Source: Asterionella formosa
Lineage: Eukaryota
DNA length: 42,892 nucleotides
Direction of reading: 5' to 3'
Assembly: GCA_002256025.1 (NCBI GenBank)
Contig: NKIB01014504.1
Span: 1 to 42,892 of the forward strand
Shown here piece after piece: positions 22,810 through 36,310 of the stretch. The notes below the pieces were generated by a model that saw only the letters and a list, made by a program, of their open reading frames with translations, searched no databases and was not told the DNA's origin. Within the stretch, counting starts at the first letter, position 1, and every line of letters starts with the position of its first letter. The position numbers and the translations under genes were made by a program.

Positions 22810-25094
22810 TTGCAATTTGCAATGTCTTTGCAGACATTGCAATGGTGTCATCTGTGTAACTACAAATTTCGGAAGAACAAATCCCCATCTGAGTCTCACA
22901 ATCGAAATTGTAGCAACCGTGTTTTTTATGCATATGGTCACTGTCGACATTGCATGCAAGAACATAGAGTTCCTGGAAAACATAATGAAACTATGTATAG
23001 CGGTAGTGCATCGAATCATTCAAGGAAAAAAGTTAATGATGGCAGTGTAACTGCTGCAGCATTTAGGGAGATTAGACAAGAAGAGATTATGTGTCCTATC
23101 CTTGAATCAACTGACCACAATCATCGACTTCATGACGACAGCGACAATTCAGCTTATAACAATATTCAGTCACAACAGGACGAACAATTGAGACTTAAAA
23201 CTCTCCAAGGGTTGAATATTCAGATTTTAAAGATTGCACCGGCTTTCTCCCTGAAAATGCAATGGAAATGCCCCTTCCTCCTCAATTTCAACTTCCAAGT
23301 AAACATTCTCTGAACATGCATGGATCCAATTGAATTAGAACTCATGTTATTCCTCAATGAGAATTACCTTTCACCAGTTTACTTTGATCATCTAATGAAA
23401 TGGCTGTTCAAGGCCAAAGCAATGAAATATTTTGATGGAAGGTAGTCTATCAAGCTCCATACTACCAGACTTTGGAAAAACGCATGGATATTTCATTTCC
23501 ACCAACATTAGCTGGCGGTCAAATGTTGACCAAATAAAAAAAGATTGATAACAATTCAAACATGATCATCCCATGCACACTCCATTATTTCGATCCAGTA
23601 CAGCTTATGGCAGGATTGTTAAGTGATTCCGATATCATGCAACATTTTGTATGTCACCCACAAGTGAAACTTACAACTGGAGAACGCATACATGACGAAG
23701 TAACTTCTGCGACTTGGTTTAAAAATGCATTCAACCATTCTCCTGCATCAGAAAATGGAGTGTTGAAGACAGGGTGTTTATTTGTTGCCCTAGCAGTTTT
23801 CAGTGATGGTTCACCTATTGATAAACAAATGAAACATTCCGAGCATCCGCTTTTGCTGACAATGTTAAACTTAACGTTAGAAGGAAGGAAAAATGGTGAT
23901 GGATGGCAATTAGTATCTCTTTTGCCAGACATTGAGGTCAGTGATCTGGAGAAACAAATGAATAATAAGTTATCTGGTGACGACTTGTCCTTATGTAGAC
24001 TCACATTTAAAATTGAAAGTAATGTTCCCTGCCAAAGTATTTTCAGATGCCATCCGAAATGGATTAATGATTCAAAGGCAGGAGTCTCTGGTCGTGAATG
24101 GTTTGACTGGGTCGAAGTGAACTGGGAGAAGGGAGATGGATCAAGTTCCTACAAAGATCCTGCAAAACTACTGTTTTTGTAAGTGGTTCATTACATACAG
24201 AAAACAAACAATAGAAGATGAGTTGAAAAATACCATCAATGCAACTGAGGGTATTTCTACAGAAATTGATTTCGAAGGAATGATTCCGGATACAATGATG
24301 TTGCCTAGTAGGTCGCCTGATAATATTGGAACGTCGCCTAAATACATATTCCATTCAATTCTCTGCTTCATCGTCAAATGGTCTATGGACTATAGCAGGT
24401 GCCCCTAATAAGATTGGGCATGCTGTATCACGGAGTAAGTATGCAACCTTGTGTCAATTGGTTCTTCCTGATTTACCGAAGGGGCCAACTACGTAACGAG
24501 CATTGCGAATTCAGCAATAGAAATAGCAAGAATTAAAAGTCTTGAAGATGGGGTTGGGCCTGCTGTTTTCATTTGTAAGGATTGACTTATATTATCATGT
24601 TAAAATTGAAAGTAACGTTCCCGGCCATACAACTACTATTTTCAGATGCCATCCGAAACGGAATAATGATTGAAATGCAGGAAGCTCTGGTCGTGAATGA
24701 TTTGACTGGGTCGAAGTGAACTGGGAGAAGGAAGATGGATCAAGTTGCTTCCTTCACAGTTCCTACAAAACTACTTCTTTGGGGAAATGTTATTTCTCCA
24801 ACACAACAATCATTCTCTTAGCGTGTATTCGTTCCTTGAAAAGTTCAACTGAAATGGAAATTCATAAATGTAGCTATGTTTTTTGCAAGAGGAGACATCT
24901 TATGCAATGATACAACTGAATTGAGCGTTGTTGAATTTCATAACATACTTTCGGCAGCATTTGTTGTTCCTGCTTTGAAACCACAGGAATCAAGGATATA
25001 TCTGAAACCGCAAGAAATTTTGGAACAGATACGGAAATATAATTTTTATTTTGCCATGATGCCTCCACGTAATTTATGGAAATCAATCGGGTGA
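22810..25094 (+). mobile_element. Internally deleted, frameshifted Plavaka-like (CACTA/CMC-related) DNA transposase remnant
   Basis: GERIHDEVTSATWF..LAVFSDGSPID..HSEHPLLLTMLNL..GR..GWQLVSLLPD resembles the Plavaka first catalytic-Asp region. It is fused directly to the C-terminal IFRCHP..WFDWVEVNW..PAKLL motif, and the end fragment reads ILSAAFVVP..PPRNLW. Recognised by pattern only; no HMM search run. Confidence 0.7.
24007..24775 (+). repeat. Internal ~150-bp duplication within the transposase remnant (~24007-24170 and ~24600-24775)
   Basis: TAAAATTGAAAGTAAYGTTCCC..TATTTTCAGATGCCATCCGAAA..CTCTGGTCGTGAATG.TTTGACTGGGTCGAAGTGAACTGGGAGAAGG occurs twice. The second copy has stops. Confidence 0.88.
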
Positions 25095-25204
25095 GACCAA
25101 AAACTAACAAACGAACGTTGATAAATATACAAGAATAATATAATTGATAATGGTAACAATATAGTTTCCCATACTATATTGGTTATTATGAGACTTTCAA
25201 CAAA

Positions 25205-27657
25205 CTACAATTTCCTAAGAAATGATGACATTGGATGATCCCAATGGTCCATTATTTGTTCTTTTTCACTCCCAAAGACGTTTCGTCCGAAAATTTTGCT
25301 TCTCCACTTTTCAAGTGCAGTTCGATATGAGTCTGTAATCTTTTTCAATTTGATTCCAGAAGGGTCATCATCAGTTACAAAATATTGATGCATCGAGAAA
25401 AAAGGACACACGCACCAGTTATCAAAAATATCTACCCTGGCAAAAATCAAGACCCAACACTTGTAACAGCACCAGAAATGTATGTTCGAAACTATTTGTT
25501 CTTTTTCACTCCCAAAGAACTAAGATGGTCCTTCTCGTTTCGTCCGAAATTTTGCTTCTCCACTTTTCAACTGCAGTTCGATATGAGTCTGTAAACTTTT
25601 TTAATTTGATTCCAGAAGGGCTATCATCAGTTACAAATTGTTTTTCAACTTTTTGTCAATTTTGATGCAACCAGAAATTTGGCCAAGAGGTGCATGATTA
25701 TACCATTTGAAAGGGAGCAAGTTTTTCATTACTTTGTTGTCTCATGGATGTTACGTGGACAACTTCATCCTTCTTGAAAGAATAGTTGCAAGGAACTCGT
25801 CAAAATACTTCGTTCAACATTTTTAAATCTAAATTGGATGTCAAAATTTTGTCGATACAAAATTGAAGAACAGTTATTTCCAATTGAAACATATCCTTTT
25901 GAGAATTTGTCATTGTCACTTGAGGCCAAACTGTTCCAAGATGAAAGTATGTTGACTTGGTTGGTGGGTAAGATGTAACAGATAACAAATCGTCTGTTCG
26001 ATCTGTTGCTACCACCTGACGTTTTAAAACTGTCCAGAACTTAGTCTCCAAACGGAACTGTGCCCGTTTGCCAAGAAATTCGGTTTTGCCATTCCTTTCC
26101 AATTGCAATAGAGTTTCCAACACTTTAACAATTGTAAAAGGTCCACATGAACCTCCAAAATCATCTTCTGGTTGAAATAACATGGAATCATGCATACTCA
26201 GTGGCCATACGGATCTGCAATGGTGCTTTGGTGCCAGTATAGATAGATTCCGAGAACCCAATTCTTCAGGTATATGGGATTCTTGTGGAAGATATCCTGT
26301 ATCGGTGCATAACAATTCCAAATCATTTCTGCATCCGGGAATGATGCAGTACTTACGGGAAAGATGAAATACTTTTGATCATAATGTTCATCCACACTTG
26401 CATCTTTTCCTGGGTCACGGTCTTGACATAATCCATCATTTATAGCAAAAAGATAATGCACAAAATGATTGTTTTCCTCCTCATCTGATCCTTTGCAATA
26501 CACAATTAGCACATAGTTACTTTCGTGATGAAGTGGATGACAATCACCTTGGTATATATATGGATTGTTATTACCCTTTTCTGGGATCTCATCCAGATCA
26601 AATATGGTATAACCTTTACATCAATTGGATGAAGTTCATGAATTATATAATGGATCATAGAGGTAATTGTTTTAGGATCCGCCCCCAATATGCAAGATCT
26701 TTAAAATCTGAAGATTATTTTTTGATACTACCTTTGACTCCATAAAATACAAAGGCGTAATTGCATATATCTTGTGGGGTACGAGTGTACAACTCTTTTC
26801 ACAATTTTAGTTGTCCATGCGATTTCGGCAAACTCAAGGAAAATGGCATAATAACTCTACACATTTCACATGCCAACTCTTCACAAAAGTAGCTAGCTGC
26901 CTTTGGGTTTGTTCTAAATGATTTGGGAAAAAGATTCAATTTTGTTTTTCTGACTTTGTTCCCGACTCAGAGCATCAACTGCCTTATCCAGTATCACATC
27001 GCTGTCTGCATTGACCTTCTTGAATTCGAGGTCTTGATCTAGCTCAGACTTTTTCTTGAATATCGGTTCTTTTATAAATGCAATAGTTTCTCTGCTTTTA
27101 TGATGTTCATCTTGATGTTCTGGACGGATAGTGAGATATGTTTCTTGGTTTTGCAACTTTTCAACCATTTCTACTTCTGAAGTGTTGTCTGCCACATTTC
27201 CGCCGATACTTTCATTCATCGCATGAATTTGTTCATCAAATGAATGAGAATCACTGAGTTCTTCTTCATCATCAGCGATTTCGCGAGAATGAGGAGCAAA
27301 ATACGACACTGGATGGTGGAAATGTGACTCTGTACGAATAGAGTCTTCATCAAACCGCGAAGACCAACTGTTTGGGTTTCCTTGGCTCTTCGAAAGCAAT
27401 CTTTCCTTCTTCTCAATCTCAGCCACTATTGTATCGGCATACTTGCTTCATTATTTTTCTGGAGTATTATGAATCTGTTCAAATTCATTTGATCTTTGAG
27501 TGTATTCAAAGGAATCTTCGATTGATTTCATAACTTTCTTCATCTTCTTTTCCGAAAACATAAAGTCGTGTAGTGTAAACAATGGAAGTAAGTCACGTTT
27601 CTTGTTTGACTGATCCTTTCCATGAAATCCGTGAAATGCCATTTGGAAAGTTGTCAA
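25205..27657 (-). pseudogene. Fragmented large ORF convergent with the transposase; possible Ulp1-like peptidase cargo
   Basis: A chain of broken minus-strand ORFs: acidic low-complexity region, Cys cluster (ASYFCEELACEMCRVICH), KYFIFPV, NWVLGIY and FQPEDDFGGSCGPF (similar to the Ulp1 Q..DCG.F motif). Also a ~130-bp local duplication at ~25255-25382 and ~25495-25637. Confidence 0.4.
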
Positions 27658-28392
27658 AGGGCCAGAAGACTATGATGTAAAACAGTGGAAGAGAAACGCG
27701 AAGCTTTTCACGGAGCATTTTGCGGCGCTTGTGGAGGTGCAACTGGTGTGATGGTAACCAATTGTAGTAATTGTTGAACAGAGCACAGTGTAATATGCAT
27801 GTTCCGCCAGCGTAGTGTTTACAATACACATGACGGCATATATATAGCTAAAACAAGGAAAGACGACACAACAATGAATGTAATGGCTGGTTGTTGAGGA
27901 TACCGGTATGTGATATGCATCAATCCATGTCACAAATCATAATATAGTGATGTACATATCAACGCATCCGTATACTTAGATCCTATCCACTGTGTAATAC
28001 TATCATATTTGCTGTTGACTTTAACAGTATACATTAAGAGACAAACATATATGATGTCTTGATAACACTTGCGTACATATTATATCGTATTTTATTATCA
28101 TTGTATTATTTTAACATAATCATATTTTGATCAAAATTGTGTCATAAATATTTTATAAAATCATTATAGTTTTATGATCAATGTATCATAGCTATGTAAT
28201 GCACTTCATTCAATATTACGCGTCGTACTTTGGTGATGTATGCATCGATGTAACTCTATCATGATATCACATTATCATCTTATCAACCATGATGAGATGA
28301 TTGGGAAGCAACTGTATTCTGCATCGTGCTATGGGGTACATTGTTATATCACGCACTTTAGTAGCTAAGAAGTCTTTCCGCCTGTAATGTAC

Positions 28393-28865
28393 ACAAGTCA
28401 ACAGTGCACATACACACACACTAATCAGGTTTGAGGCAATGGACAGTCGTTCCAACGAGCGAACGACGATACCACGAGTACCAATTTTTCCAGCAGCAAA
28501 CCGCAATGATAAAAAGAACTTGTCTCTCTATTGATGATAAGAACTTGTCTCTCTTTTGATGAGGATGACACGGACACCGACTTTTCCAGGAGCAAACAAC
28601 AATGAAGAGTCCCACTCGTCGCTCTATTGATGGTAACAAAGATGCGGACAAGTTCAGCAGTGAATACAAGAAGAACAACATACCATTGAAAACAAGTCGA
28701 CAGTGTGTGCACGCACACGCCAAGCAAGTTTGAGGCAACGGACAATTCCAAGAAGCAAATGACGATACAGATATCAAATTTTTCCTACAAGTAAACAACA
28801 ATGAAAAGAGCCACTTGCTTTCGCTCTCTTGATGGTATCAAAGATGCGGACAAGTTCAATAGTAT
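28393..28865. repeat. Diverged direct repeat pair (~299-bp offset) with shorter sub-repeats
   Basis: ACAAGTC at 28393 and 28692, TTTGAGGCAA at ~28430 and ~28729, CAAAGATGCGGACAAGTTCA at ~28638 and ~28838. Confidence 0.8.
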
Positions 28866-29564
28866 ACCAAATGCAGAAACGAAAGAGCGATATGAAAATG
28901 AAATCATTCTATAACTATAGCTATGTGGACAGTAGTCTGTTACGCACATTTTCGTATCTCCTTCTATGCTGAATCTCAATAGTAGATGTAGTATCATGTG
29001 AGAATTGAAAATGTCAACGAGAACAAGTAGAATGTGTTTGTTTAGGGGACAGGTTGATTGGCGAAATTGTCACGCTGAAGTCGACGAAACGGATTTACTT
29101 GGAGCGCTGTGTGCGGAACCATTACGAGTTCGAATGATTTCTTCTCTCTGCCTGTAAACTCTTAATTGAATGATTATGAACAAAAGTTCACTGCACATGA
29201 CGATTACTCGAAGATATAATGATCACTTGACCAACAATTGAAGACCTTTTCGCAAACATTCATTCCGCTTGTCATCGCTAGTATTTCGTTGTTGTTGCAA
29301 AAATCGGAGTGATGACGGATGCAAATGACGAGCCAAATTACATTACTTGAGCAGGTACATTATCCTACCAAGAAATTCGAATACAGGAGTCAAATAGAAA
29401 CAATACATATAATACTTAAATATATGTAGTCAAAAGGGTTACTATTTAAATTACAAAGGTATTTATCAAAATTATTAGATGATATAACGAAAAATTATGA
29501 TCAGATGATCACAATCCTATGATGCATCATGGAAATATGATAGTTTTTATTTGCAGACAAACCT

Positions 29565-30870
29565 AAATTCCAATCCATCTTTCTCAACCAATTTTAGGCC
29601 AATCTCTATCTAATATAGTATTCGATGTACCTGAAATCAAAGGCTTCTGATCGATTGCCAATATGATCAGAACGAACCAATATTGTCTAAAGGAGGCATC
29701 AGGATGTGTAAATTTCAGCTGCCTGCTGTGGACTGATGGCCACTGCTTTAACAACCAAACTTCCAATCCATCTTTCTCTACCAATTCCTTTTCAACTTGT
29801 ATCTAACATAGTATTCAATGTACACGAGATCAATGCCGCTATTTTGATTGTCGATAAGCTCAGAACGAACATATATTGATCAAATTGGTCATCAGGATAC
29901 TGTGTAATTTTTTGGTGCTTGTGGCCTGATCATTAGTAGGGCAGCATCCAAAAAAAACCAAATAACCCTTTTCAACCAATTTAAGGCCGATTTTTATCTA
30001 GCATAGTATTTGATGTACACGAAATCAATGCCGTCATGTCCAATGTCGATATACTCAATGCAAGCATATATTGATCAATGGAGGCATCAGGATGTGTAAA
30101 ATTTCGGTGCTGCTGTGGACTGATGCATGACCAGTGCTGTAGCAACGAAAATTCCAAAACATATTTCTCCACCGATTTGAGGCTGCTTTCTATCCAGCAT
30201 AGTATTCGATGTACACGAGATCAATGTCGTCATGAGCAATGTCGATTATTTCAGAACGAGCATATATTGATAAAATTGGCCATCAGGATGTGAAAATTTT
30301 CGGTGCTTGTGGCCTAATCATCAGTGCTATGGCAACAAAACCTCCAAACCAGCACCTTTCTCCACCAATTTAAAGCCGATTTTAGTCCAGCACAGTATTC
30401 GATGTACACGAGATCAATGTCGTCATGAATAATGTCTATATGCTTAGAACGAGCATCTATTGATCAAATTGGTCATCAGGATGGTGTGTAAAATTTCTGT
30501 GCTTGCTGTGGACTTAACATCAGTGCTGTAGAAACAAAATTTCCAAACCATCATTCTCCACCAATTCAACGCCGATTCATATCTAGCATAGTATTCGATG
30601 CTGTACACGAGATCAATTTCGTCATGGCGAATGTCGATATTCTCAGAACAAACATATATTCATCAAAGGAGACATCAGGATGTGCAAATTTTCTGTGCTT
30701 GTGGACTGATCATCAGTGCTGTAGAAACAAAAATTCCAAACCATCATTCTCCACCCATTTAAGCCGATTTCTATCCAGCATAGTATTCGATGTCCACAAG
30801 ATCAATGCCGTCAAAACGAATGTCGATATACTCATAACGAACATATATTGATCAAAGGAGGCATCAGGAT
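29565..30870. repeat. Satellite A: ~7 diverged tandem units of ~194 bp
   Basis: Anchor AYAGTATTYRATG at 29615, 29808, 30003, 30199, 30392, 30588 and 30780 (spacing 192-196). CATCAGGAT and ATCAATG recur in the units. Confidence 0.93.
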
Positions 30871-31242
30871 GAGTAGATGGGAGGCGATTGTGGCACTTCT
30901 CTTTTTTGATTTACAACCATAGGATGTGCTATTATGCCATGATGATAGTTAGTACAACAACAGGGAAGCACCAAAACTCAAAACTATTATTATCAACCAA
31001 ATTGCATCCATCTACTACGTCGCTAAAAGTTTTATTGGTCAAATTAGACATCAGCAAATATTTTCGGAGTGTATTGACTGGTGGTGTGCAGAAAAGCGAA
31101 ATATTGCGAAAAATACAGGTTATGGAGTGGCTGAATTCAATGAAGCTGATAGTCCTCATATCATTGGCCCTTGCATTTACAACAAATTTCTTATTGCTAC
31201 AGTTATCAATATAGATGTAATCTAGCCGATCGGGAAAAAAGA

Positions 31243-32005
31243 ATGCCATTACGGCACATCTCAATTTTGACTCACTATGGCGACATGAATTGAAGAATGT
31301 TCGAATATGCAACTGCTGTTTCTTCTAAACAATTTTACAATTCAATCGTTGACAGCTGCTCCTCCTCTGCTTCTTTTTCTATATTTTACTTGTTAGATTT
31401 ATCGCTGTAAACTATTTGTAGCCGCTCCGAAAAGAAGACGTCATCGCTGCACACCTCAATTTCGATTCACTATGGCGACATGCATTCAATTGTTGTCAGC
31501 TACTCATCCTTTCCTTCTTTTTCTATATTGAGCTTGCTAAAGTTATTCCTGTAGCCTATTTGTAGCTACTCCGAAATGGAGAAGGCCATTGTGGCACATC
31601 TCAATTTCGACTCACTACGGCGACATGCATTGAAGAATGTTAAAATACGCAACAGCTGTTTCTAAACGATTTAACGAAATCAATCGTTGACAGCTATTCA
31701 TCATTTTATTTTATTTTATATTGTACTTGCTAGAGATATCGCTGTAGAATATTTGTAGCCCCTCCGAAAAGGAGATGGCCATTTTGGCATATCTCAATTT
31801 CGACTCCTCACTAGGGCGACATGCATTGAATGTTAATTAATGCAACAGCTGTTTCTTAAGGAATTTACGAAGTCAATCGTTGACAGCTACTCATCCTTTC
31901 CTTCTTTTTCTATATTGAACTTGCTAAAGTTATTGTAGCCGCTCCGAAGAGGAGAAGGCCATTGTGGCACATCTCAGTTTCGACTCACAACGGCGACATG
32001 CAATG
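31243..32005. repeat. Satellite B: ~4 diverged tandem units, full unit ~195 bp
   Basis: Anchor GGCGACATG at 31279, 31474, 31619, 31815 and 31992 (spacing 195, 145, 196, 177). The short units carry internal deletions. Confidence 0.92.
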
Positions 32006-33029
32006 CTCAACGATGCTCAACGAGGACCACCGGTGCTTTATTTCTAATCTGGCAGGCTATTGTTATCTCTACAATCAAGAATGACTTATCAATGTGTCTA
32101 CAACAGCAACTAATACTACGTCTTCCTCTTGCATGTGTTGTTATATGCCAGTTGAAATCAAAAAAATGTCGGAGCAGGAAAAATAATAATAATTGATTCA
32201 TAATTGGCAACTCTTTCGGTAATTATATGGTGAAAGCAGCATAATGTTGCAGCGGTTCCTGCATAATTTCGATTTTATACAGTCGTAATGGCTAGTTGGT
32301 CAACATAAATTGTCCCGAACACACATGACTATTGGTGTGATCACACAATGATTCGATAAGTGAAATAAATTTTTGTTTAACACAAATAAATTAGGGAAAA
32401 AGTAACATAATATTTTAGAAAACTGACATAATATTTTAGAAAAGTAGTATAAATACGTCACTTTACACATAAATTCGAATAAGTGCCTTAAACGGCGTCT
32501 TAGATGTCTGCAAATAAAAAGTATCGTACTTATAAGATCAGGGGTAATTACAATAACTAGCAGAGAATCTTTCTATGCATGATACGCATTTTGTTATTTG
32601 TGCGATAGGTAGTACATAACATACATATGAATTTTTGATTAGCATGTTTATACTTATAAAGTTTGATTATAATGTTCTATTATTGATCAATATTGACTCA
32701 TAACGATAAACACAAGTAATCATACAAATACAGCAATTGAGTAACAACAACTCAAGTCAAAATCATCACTTCTATATGAATTTCAATCGCTTTTCTCATG
32801 ATCTCGAATTACTAATTGTATTTACAAGACCATCATTGATATACCTTAGCTACATCCTATATTATGTATTTGTTCATCTTATAGCCATATGAATACCATC
32901 TTATTTATATGAAAGTGTGGAAACGGATTGTAATTTAACTACTAAGATTAGAATTGTTTCTATCTATCTATATAAAGCCGAGATTGTTGCACACCAGCCA
33001 TCTCACTCCTGTTCACTCCCTTATCTACT

Positions 33030-33280
33030 ACTTCCCTGCTTCCCCGTTTCTGACACAACTGTAACTGCCCACCTCTATAGCCTTTCCCTTGTTTTTACTC
33101 CTCTGATCATGGAGGATAAATTGATGTTGTTGATAGCGGGCTGCCTCATCCCATTCTACTGCTTTCCTGGTACCCCGTTTCTGACACAACTGTAACTTCC
33201 CACTTCTATGGCCTTTCCCTTGCTTTTACTCCTCTGATCATGGAGGATAAATTGATGTTGTTGATAGCGGGCTGCCTCTC
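33030..33280. repeat. 131-bp tandem duplication
   Basis: CCCCGTTTCTGACACAACTGTAACT...CTCTGATCATGGAGGATAAATTGATGTTGTTGATAGCGGGCTGCCTC starts at 33042 and again at 33173. Confidence 0.92.
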
Positions 33281-34059
33281 CCCATCCCCTTGTGCTCCGT
33301 TTCAAAGATTTCCTTCATTATTAGTATTCAAGTTAATGTTGTAACAATTGTGAAGCAAAATACTTGTTAGTTATATTATTCTTTTTCCATTCCATTTTCA
33401 CTTACCATGAATAGATGTATTCTGTCACACAGGTTTCCTCAACACAATGTGTTAGGCATGTTTAGCTTTTATTACAACTGGCAGTTCCAATCATGATGGT
33501 ATTGTCACTTACTGCAACAAATCCATGTTCAGTTTCCATATTCCTCAATATATTGTGGACATGTTGATGTTTCGAACTTCTATATACTCTTTGTATACAA
33601 TTAACCTGACAGATGTAAAGGATGTGTTACGTATGTTCTAATTGGTGATTCTTGTAGGCATTGATCCAACGACAGCACTTACCATGACCGTCATCTCTTC
33701 AAATTGAATTTGTCCCCATAAGTATACTTATTCAGGTAAGCAATGAATCACTTGAAGAGAAAGCATGAATTTATTTACTGTCAACCCAACAAGTGAATAT
33801 TCTGATATATTCCATTGACCTACCGTTGCTTTCGGCCTTCTGTTCAGCACCATTCCTTATTGTGTTTCCAATGAAGTCGCAAGGTATCGGTAAATTGATC
33901 TGTAGCGGTAATAAACTGTTTATCTGTGTCTTGTTTATTCATTTCATGTAGTGTGCATGCCCTTGCTGCATCAGTCCAAACATGTGGTACCAAGTGCAAT
34001 AAGTGCAATAGTAACAAAACAAGCAAATATCGCCTTCCTCTCCGATTCATTGGGCACTC

Positions 34060-34934
34060 TCACTACTCAACCAGACATGGGTTACGAGTCATTTACCCAC
34101 AGTCATCAAAGAAGCGTCCTATAACATGGGACGCACTGAATGGGATTCTTCCGAAATATTCGATATGGTGGACTGGGAAGCAAGAATTTGGGCGGGCAAG
34201 ATGATCAAGGGGGAACAAAGGACAACAATTTTCAAAATTGAATTTGATTTATTTGCGACAAGGACGAGACGACGACAAGTTCAGAAATTGAACGATAGAA
34301 TATTCAAGAAAAAGTTCCAAATTTTGGTTAAAATTGATGGCGCCTGGCAACGGGGTCCGTACGGTGGGATGGTAAAATTCCGAACAGAGATGATGTAATT
34401 GGACATGCCACATACCAAGCCCTCTTGAATCAACAAGAAATCGGATGGAATCAAACAATCCGGGGAAGGATTAGTTGTCAATGGGGAATCGCAAAATCGT
34501 TGTACTGTAAAAGTAGAGGGTCAGCAGAGGATGTGTCTTGAGTGGAACAGTGGACAACAAACATGGTGTCTACATTGTGGCAAGATGGGCTTGAGTGCTG
34601 GAGGGTAAGGAACCTGTATGGCGACGCAAAAGAACAGCAAGAAATACTTTGACGCCTGGATTTGGATACTTTGATTACATATTTATATGATATGAGAGAG
34701 ACGATCAATCCACTGATTTGGGATCGTTTCTACTCTGAAGACTGGTTTGATAGAAACACCATAAACTGGGACAAAAAACTACCATGGGTGAAAACAGTAA
34801 ATATCTTAATTCAGAGTTGGCGTAAAGAAGGTGGGATTACGCTGGGAGAGGGAGTTCGGCTCCACCTCGCCCATCAGATCAAACGGTTGGAGGGACATCG
34901 GCCAAGGGTTCGTTTATGGCATGAGCTCTCGTAG
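34060..34934 (+). mobile_element. Degraded 3' remnant of a non-LTR retrotransposon ORF
   Basis: WDSSEIFDMVDWEA..TIFKIEFDLFAT, then QQEIGWNQTIRGRISCQWG and TLWQDGLECWRVRNLYG. Contains stops and frameshifts. Confidence 0.72.
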
Positions 34935-36310
34935 TAGCCTCTTTGTGGTGTCTGCATGGCCCAAGTGCGATTATAAGTTTAGATATAATATACTCTAAAA
35001 ATTTTATTTATCTCTCTTAATCAAGACAATTGGGCAAATTTCATGTCCAAGTTGATCATTTTAATATTCCATCGCTAAAGCAGAAGGACTGGCCACGGAA
35101 TTTACCAAAAGGTAATTCATCTGGTAGCAGACTCGCTCATTAAGCCCTTGCTGTTTGATGCGCTAAATAATCAAACACTTGATTTTATACTCACATCAGA
35201 AATTCATTAACATCTACAGTCTGGATGAATAATTTGTCTCATATCATCCACACAAAAGGACATGAATTCAATCTCTGTTTTCGGCGCACCATGTACATAA
35301 AGAAAGAATAAATCGTGAATCCTCTTTAATGCAATTAGGCATCAATACAGGCTGAGAAAAAATGTTCCTCATTAAATACTAATGCAAAGCATGAGAAGCT
35401 CTAATAAAAATCCATTGCCAGCAGCAGAAGAATGCATGTAGTGGGTAAAATTGGCCATCAGACAAGTATGGTCAGCAGTAACATGTGTTTGGGAGGATGG
35501 AAAAGAAATGTTGCGTCAGGAAAAAATCATAGCATCACATATTAAGAGTACAATGCAAAGAGACACCAGGTGTATGCTTAATGATGGGAGATGATGTCCT
35601 TTCAGGATAAAATTGATATTAAGTAAATTCCTTTCCAATAATCGCACTGGTGCCCACATTTTGAATGGAAACAAATAATACAGGATCTATTTGTCTGTAT
35701 GGTACATCGGTACCTGACTTTTTGTCCCCCCCCCCTTAGAACCCTAAGGACTACATGAAAAAGACAAGTGGAGAGTGTAGGAATCGATACTGCCACTACA
35801 GAAGGTGAGCCAACAATAAGCCAACCTAGGATAACCATATATTTACAACAGATATGCCCACACTCATGATCTTGCAGTTAAAGAAGAAGATATGATTCCT
35901 AGAAAGGGCTAAATAAATTCTTGACAAAATTTCTACATACTTACTTTGCACAATGTACCGGTAGTACAATTCCATCAAGAAGCCACAGAACACAAAGAAA
36001 ATCAATCCAAGCTATCAGACTTGAAAAAATTTCAATTATATCAACTGACATACAGAACATATCTCTCCACCAGTTTGATAACCAAACATTATACACACAC
36101 AAATTGGCTAACAATACCCGTGGCCTCACTTCTTAAAAGCAATGGAGCACAATGCTGGAAGCTAATTTACAGATGATTACTAATATCAGTTTAAAGGAAC
36201 ATTGCTGAAACTCTCTCTAATCCCATCAAGTTGGCCAACTAGCACAATGCTGTGAGCTATAAAAATTATTACTAATATCAATATGGAGGGGCATTGCTGA
36301 CACACACAAT

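Noticed and set aside
29565..32005. CRISPR array or coding repeat interpretation of the satellites
   Set aside because: Whole units are homologous, with no constant repeat plus unique spacer pattern and no cas genes. Unit lengths vary by non-multiples of three and contain stops.
35780..36180. Possible third, very decayed non-LTR retrotransposon 3' remnant
   Set aside because: Only a faint resemblance (QQ*ANLG*) with key Trp residues lost. Not supportable without a profile search.
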